This document shows, piece after piece, positions 62,755 through 62,961 of a DNA stretch of 62,961 nucleotides; positions within the stretch are counted from its first letter, which is position 1; each line of letters begins with the position of its first letter. The notes under the pieces were generated by a model. The model did not search any database and was not told where the DNA came from. It was given only the letters and a program-made list of their open reading frames with translations. The translations under genes and the position numbers were made by a program. Where the stretch lies: contig JBFYSV010000198.1 in NCBI GenBank assembly GCA_041301185.1, positions 1-62,961 on the forward strand, written 5' to 3'. Source of the stretch: Anaerolineae bacterium. Lineage in GTDB: Bacteria; Chloroflexota; Anaerolineae; Anaerolineales; UBA4823.

Positions 62755-62961
62755 TAAAAACTTTACTTACGAGAACTTGAATGGTTAAAACCAGGTTGTT
62801 GGTTTGTTTGCAGAACTGCGTTCGGCTTGATATAGGCAATTATAATGGCAAATCCAGGGGGGATCGAAGCAGTAGCTGAAGTATAGCAGCCCCAAGGGGG
62901 GAAAATGGGGGTTGACCCAGCATAGCTCGGCCCGGAGGGAGGGTAAGAACGAAGCAGTAGG

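Noticed and set aside
62813-62823. GAAC-TGC-GTTC as a LexA box (also 22794-22804)
   Set aside because: Spacer is N3, not N4.
1-62961. CRISPR arrays, tRNA/rRNA genes, IS elements, defence or toxin systems
   Set aside because: No regularly spaced repeats, tRNA T-loop/cloverleaf, rRNA signatures or transposase/nuclease motifs recognised.

Overview
About 63 kb of a bacterial chromosome, most likely an anaerobic Chloroflexota (Anaerolineae-like). This is inferred from a LexA with a GAAC-N4-GTTC box, many lipoproteins, a YLPIL motif in a secreted protein and archaeal-type genes. Layout: (1) 1-6316, end of a surface-polysaccharide operon (GT4 x3, FkbM methyltransferase, acyltransferase, wecB, wecC). 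(2) lexA with a canonical sigma70 promoter overlapped by an SOS box; its self-cleavage site is Ala-Ser rather than Ala-Gly. (3) A MacB/FtsX-type exporter whose ATPase is fused to a degenerate cNMP-binding domain, followed by a double lamin-tail-domain protein. (4) xdhC plus a convergent cyclophilin-like/DUF166 pair. (5) The main feature, a ~39 kb divergently transcribed catabolic super-cluster (16.6-55.9 kb). Its left arm (IclR) holds a sugar/polyol ABC importer, SDRs, Zn-ADH, HAD, MRJP propeller, FGGY kinase, two aldolases, an ADC-like protein and an ALDH. Its right arm (GntR/UTRA) holds a cupin, PfkB kinase, hydroxyacid dehydrogenases, Fe-ADH, two W/Mo aldehyde:ferredoxin oxidoreductases, an orphan IorA plus KorDABG, a divergent SucCD-like ligase, two MoaD proteins with capped GG ends, an FGGY kinase and LutA/LutB-C. 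Both promoters and candidate operators can be read in the sequence. (6) Envelope genes (bactofilin-like membrane protein, two paralogous META lipoproteins) and a DRG-like GTPase. No rRNA, tRNA, CRISPR array or mobile element was recognised. All calls come from reading motifs by eye; no database search was run.
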